In this document: positions 5,131 through 6,463 of the stretch, in pieces | How positions within the stretch are numbered: the first letter of the stretch is position 1 | Layout of the letters: every line of letters starts with the position of its first letter | Source of the DNA: a bacterium | Lineage (GTDB): Bacteria; UBP7; UBA6624; JBBIMK01 | Reading direction: 5' to 3' | Assembly (NCBI GenBank): GCA_037444445.1 | Contig: JBBIMK010000044.1 | Location: forward strand, 4,504 to 10,966 | DNA length: 6,463 nt | Position numbers and translations under genes: made by a program | Notes under the pieces: model-generated | Told to the model about the DNA's origin: nothing | Seen by the model: only the letters and a program-made list of their open reading frames with translations | The model's database searches: none

Positions 5131-6086
5131 AAGCCTTAATTACTGGAATCACTGGATTTGTGGGAAGTCATCTCGCAGAGCATTTGCTGAAGCAGGGGGT
5201 GGAAGTGTGGGGCACCACTCGCCGACGAAGCCCCCGGGATAATATCTCTCATCTTCTGGATTCTATCCGGCTGGTGGAAATGGACCTGAGGGATGCCACC
5301 GCGGTAGTAGAAGCCTTGAACGAGGCTGAACCTGAGTGGATTTTTCATTTAGCGGCTCAGAGTTTTGTGCCCACTTCGTGGCGTGCGCCCGATGAAACCT
5401 TCCAGTCCAATTGCATCGGCCAGATTCACTTGTTTGAAGCCCTCCGAGTTCTCAAAGCATCTCCGAAAGTTCTAATCGCTGGCTCTTCCGAAGAATATGG
5501 AATGGTTCTCCCGGAAGAATTACCGATTACGGAAGAGAATCCATTACGCCCCTTAAGCCCTTACGGCGTCAGCAAGGTGGCTCAAGACCTTTTGGGGTGG
5601 CAGTATCACAAAAGTTACGGCCTCCCGGTGGTTCGCACGAGAGCGTTTAACCACACCGGCCCCCGCAGAGGTTCCACCTTCGTCTCCTCTAACTTCTGCC
5701 ATCAGTGCGCCTTGATACAGAGGGGTAAGAAAGAACCTGTGGTGGAAACGGGAAACCTGGATGCGGTGAGGGATTTCACGGATGTCCGGGATGTGGTGAG
5801 AGCCTATGTCCTGGCGCTGGAGAAGGGAGTTCCCGGCGAGGTTTATAACATTGCCTCCGGCGCGGGAGTTCGCATCGGGGATTTACTTCAAATGGTGTTA
5901 GAAGTAGCAGGGCTAAAGGGGAAGGTGGAGATTCGCTCCGACCCATCTCGCATCCGCCCCTCGGATGTTCCCGTGCTAATTGGCGACGCTTCCAAATTCC
6001 GTGCCCTCACCGGCTGGATGCCACATATCCCCCTTGACCAAACTCTCTCCGACCTGTATCACTACTGGCTGGAGCAACTGAAGTAA
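5127..6086 (+). CDS. Extended-SDR NAD(P)-dependent epimerase/dehydratase of the GDP-mannose 4,6-dehydratase / GDP-6-deoxy-D-mannose reductase (Rmd)-like family.
   Basis: The 319-aa ORF has a Rossmann motif ITGITGFVGSHL, the catalytic SSEEYG...SPYGVSK (S...YxxxK), RAFNHTGPRRGSTFV (the GMD/Rmd-type NH-x-GP-R motif), GNLDAVRDFTDVRDVVRAY and GEVYNIASG. By eye it aligns along its whole length with Rmd-type GDP-4-keto-6-deoxymannose reductases. Its ATG overlaps the pyk stop (ATGA). Exact substrate specificity cannot be assigned from sequence alone. Confidence 0.88.
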   Translation: MKALITGITGFVGSHLAEHLLKQGVEVWGTTRRRSPRDNISHLLDSIRLVEMDLRDATAVVEALNEAEPEWIFHLAAQSFVPTSWRAPDETFQSNCIGQIHLFEALRVLKASPKVLIAGSSEEYGMVLPEELPITEENPLRPLSPYGVSKVAQDLLGWQYHKSYGLPVVRTRAFNHTGPRRGSTFVSSNFCHQCALIQRGKKEPVVETGNLDAVRDFTDVRDVVRAYVLALEKGVPGEVYNIASGAGVRIGDLLQMVLEVAGLKGKVEIRSDPSRIRPSDVPVLIGDASKFRALTGWMPHIPLDQTLSDLYHYWLEQLK

Positions 6087-6150
6087 GCCGTTTACTCCCT
6101 TACTTGACTTTCTGAAAAATATATAGTAGGGTAGAATGGGATGGATAAAA

Positions 6151-6463
6151 ATGAAGAGAAAATTGATAGGGTATTCCTTCCGTGCCCTCCGGGCTATTTC
6201 GCTCTTTGTTGTAGTCTTCCTCTTGCCTGCCGACACTGCGAATGGCGAAGCCCGCCGAACCCTAACCATTTCCACCTTCGGCGGGGATAACTATAATAAT
6301 TTTCAGGCTTGCTTCTTCCCGGATTGCGGACCAACGCGAAGCCCCATCATCAGTAACACGATTTCCCACCCCCTCACCGTCTGGCGCAAGGTGTGGCTGC
6401 AGGTGAATTGTATTGGGTCAAGAGATTCTGACCACCCTGAACGATTTTTTTATACCCCTCTTT
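6151..6463 (+). CDS. Partial (5' part; runs off right edge) secreted protein of unknown function with an N-terminal signal peptide.
   Basis: From the ATG at 6151 the frame is open to the end of the window (104 codons). It is missing from the ORF track because there is no stop in the window. It begins MKRKLIGYSFRALRAISLFVVVFLLPADTANG-EARRTLTISTFGGDNYNNFQACFFPDCGPTRSP..., with a basic n-region, a hydrophobic h-region and an A-x-G/A-like cleavage region. The alternative ATG at 6141 gives only a 49-aa ORF. I see no recognisable family motif. Confidence 0.55.
   Translation, partial: MKRKLIGYSFRALRAISLFVVVFLLPADTANGEARRTLTISTFGGDNYNNFQACFFPDCGPTRSPIISNTISHPLTVWRKVWLQVNCIGSRDSDHPERFFYTPL

Noticed and set aside
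5136-6275. Minus-strand ORFs 5136..5348 and 5976..6275.
   Set aside because: They are antisense to the SDR gene and to the signal-peptide gene and its upstream region. They have no motifs.
1-6463. Search for tRNA/rRNA genes, CRISPR repeat-spacer arrays, IS elements and integrases.
   Set aside because: I found no regularly spaced short repeats, no cloverleaf-like segments in the intergenic regions and no transposase/integrase-like ORFs. The only repeat is the in-gene 297-bp domain repeat.

Overview
The window holds housekeeping genes with one small AT-rich accessory insert. From left to right: (1) The 5' part of a minus-strand gene (1..~781, running off the left edge) encodes a lipoprotein-type surface protein. 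It has an Ig-like N-terminal domain followed by near-identical 297-bp (99-codon) tandem domain repeats. (2) A ~280-bp divergent intergenic region contains a good sigma70-type promoter for the minus gene. It also holds a pyrimidine-rich then purine-rich leader with a canonical G-quadruplex motif upstream of eno. (3) Enolase (1035..2315, +). (4) An AT-rich two-gene cassette (2398..3282, +) sits between eno and pyk. It consists of an 80-aa protein of unknown function followed, after a 1-nt gap, by an AbiEii/AbiGii-family nucleotidyltransferase toxin-like gene. That gene's reading frame is broken at a T6 run that is also a perfect T_TTT_TTA slippery heptamer. (5) Pyruvate kinase (3370..5130, +) carries a C-terminal PEP-utilizer-like extra domain that lacks the T-S-H motif. 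(6) An extended-SDR GDP-sugar dehydratase/reductase-like gene (5127..6086, +) overlaps pyk by ATGA. (7) The 5' part of a signal-peptide protein of unknown function (6151..>6463, +). No tRNA, rRNA, CRISPR array or transposase is visible. The best candidate for something undescribed is the small-protein + AbiEii-like NTase pair, a non-canonical type IV TA / abortive-infection-like module, together with its frame-break architecture.
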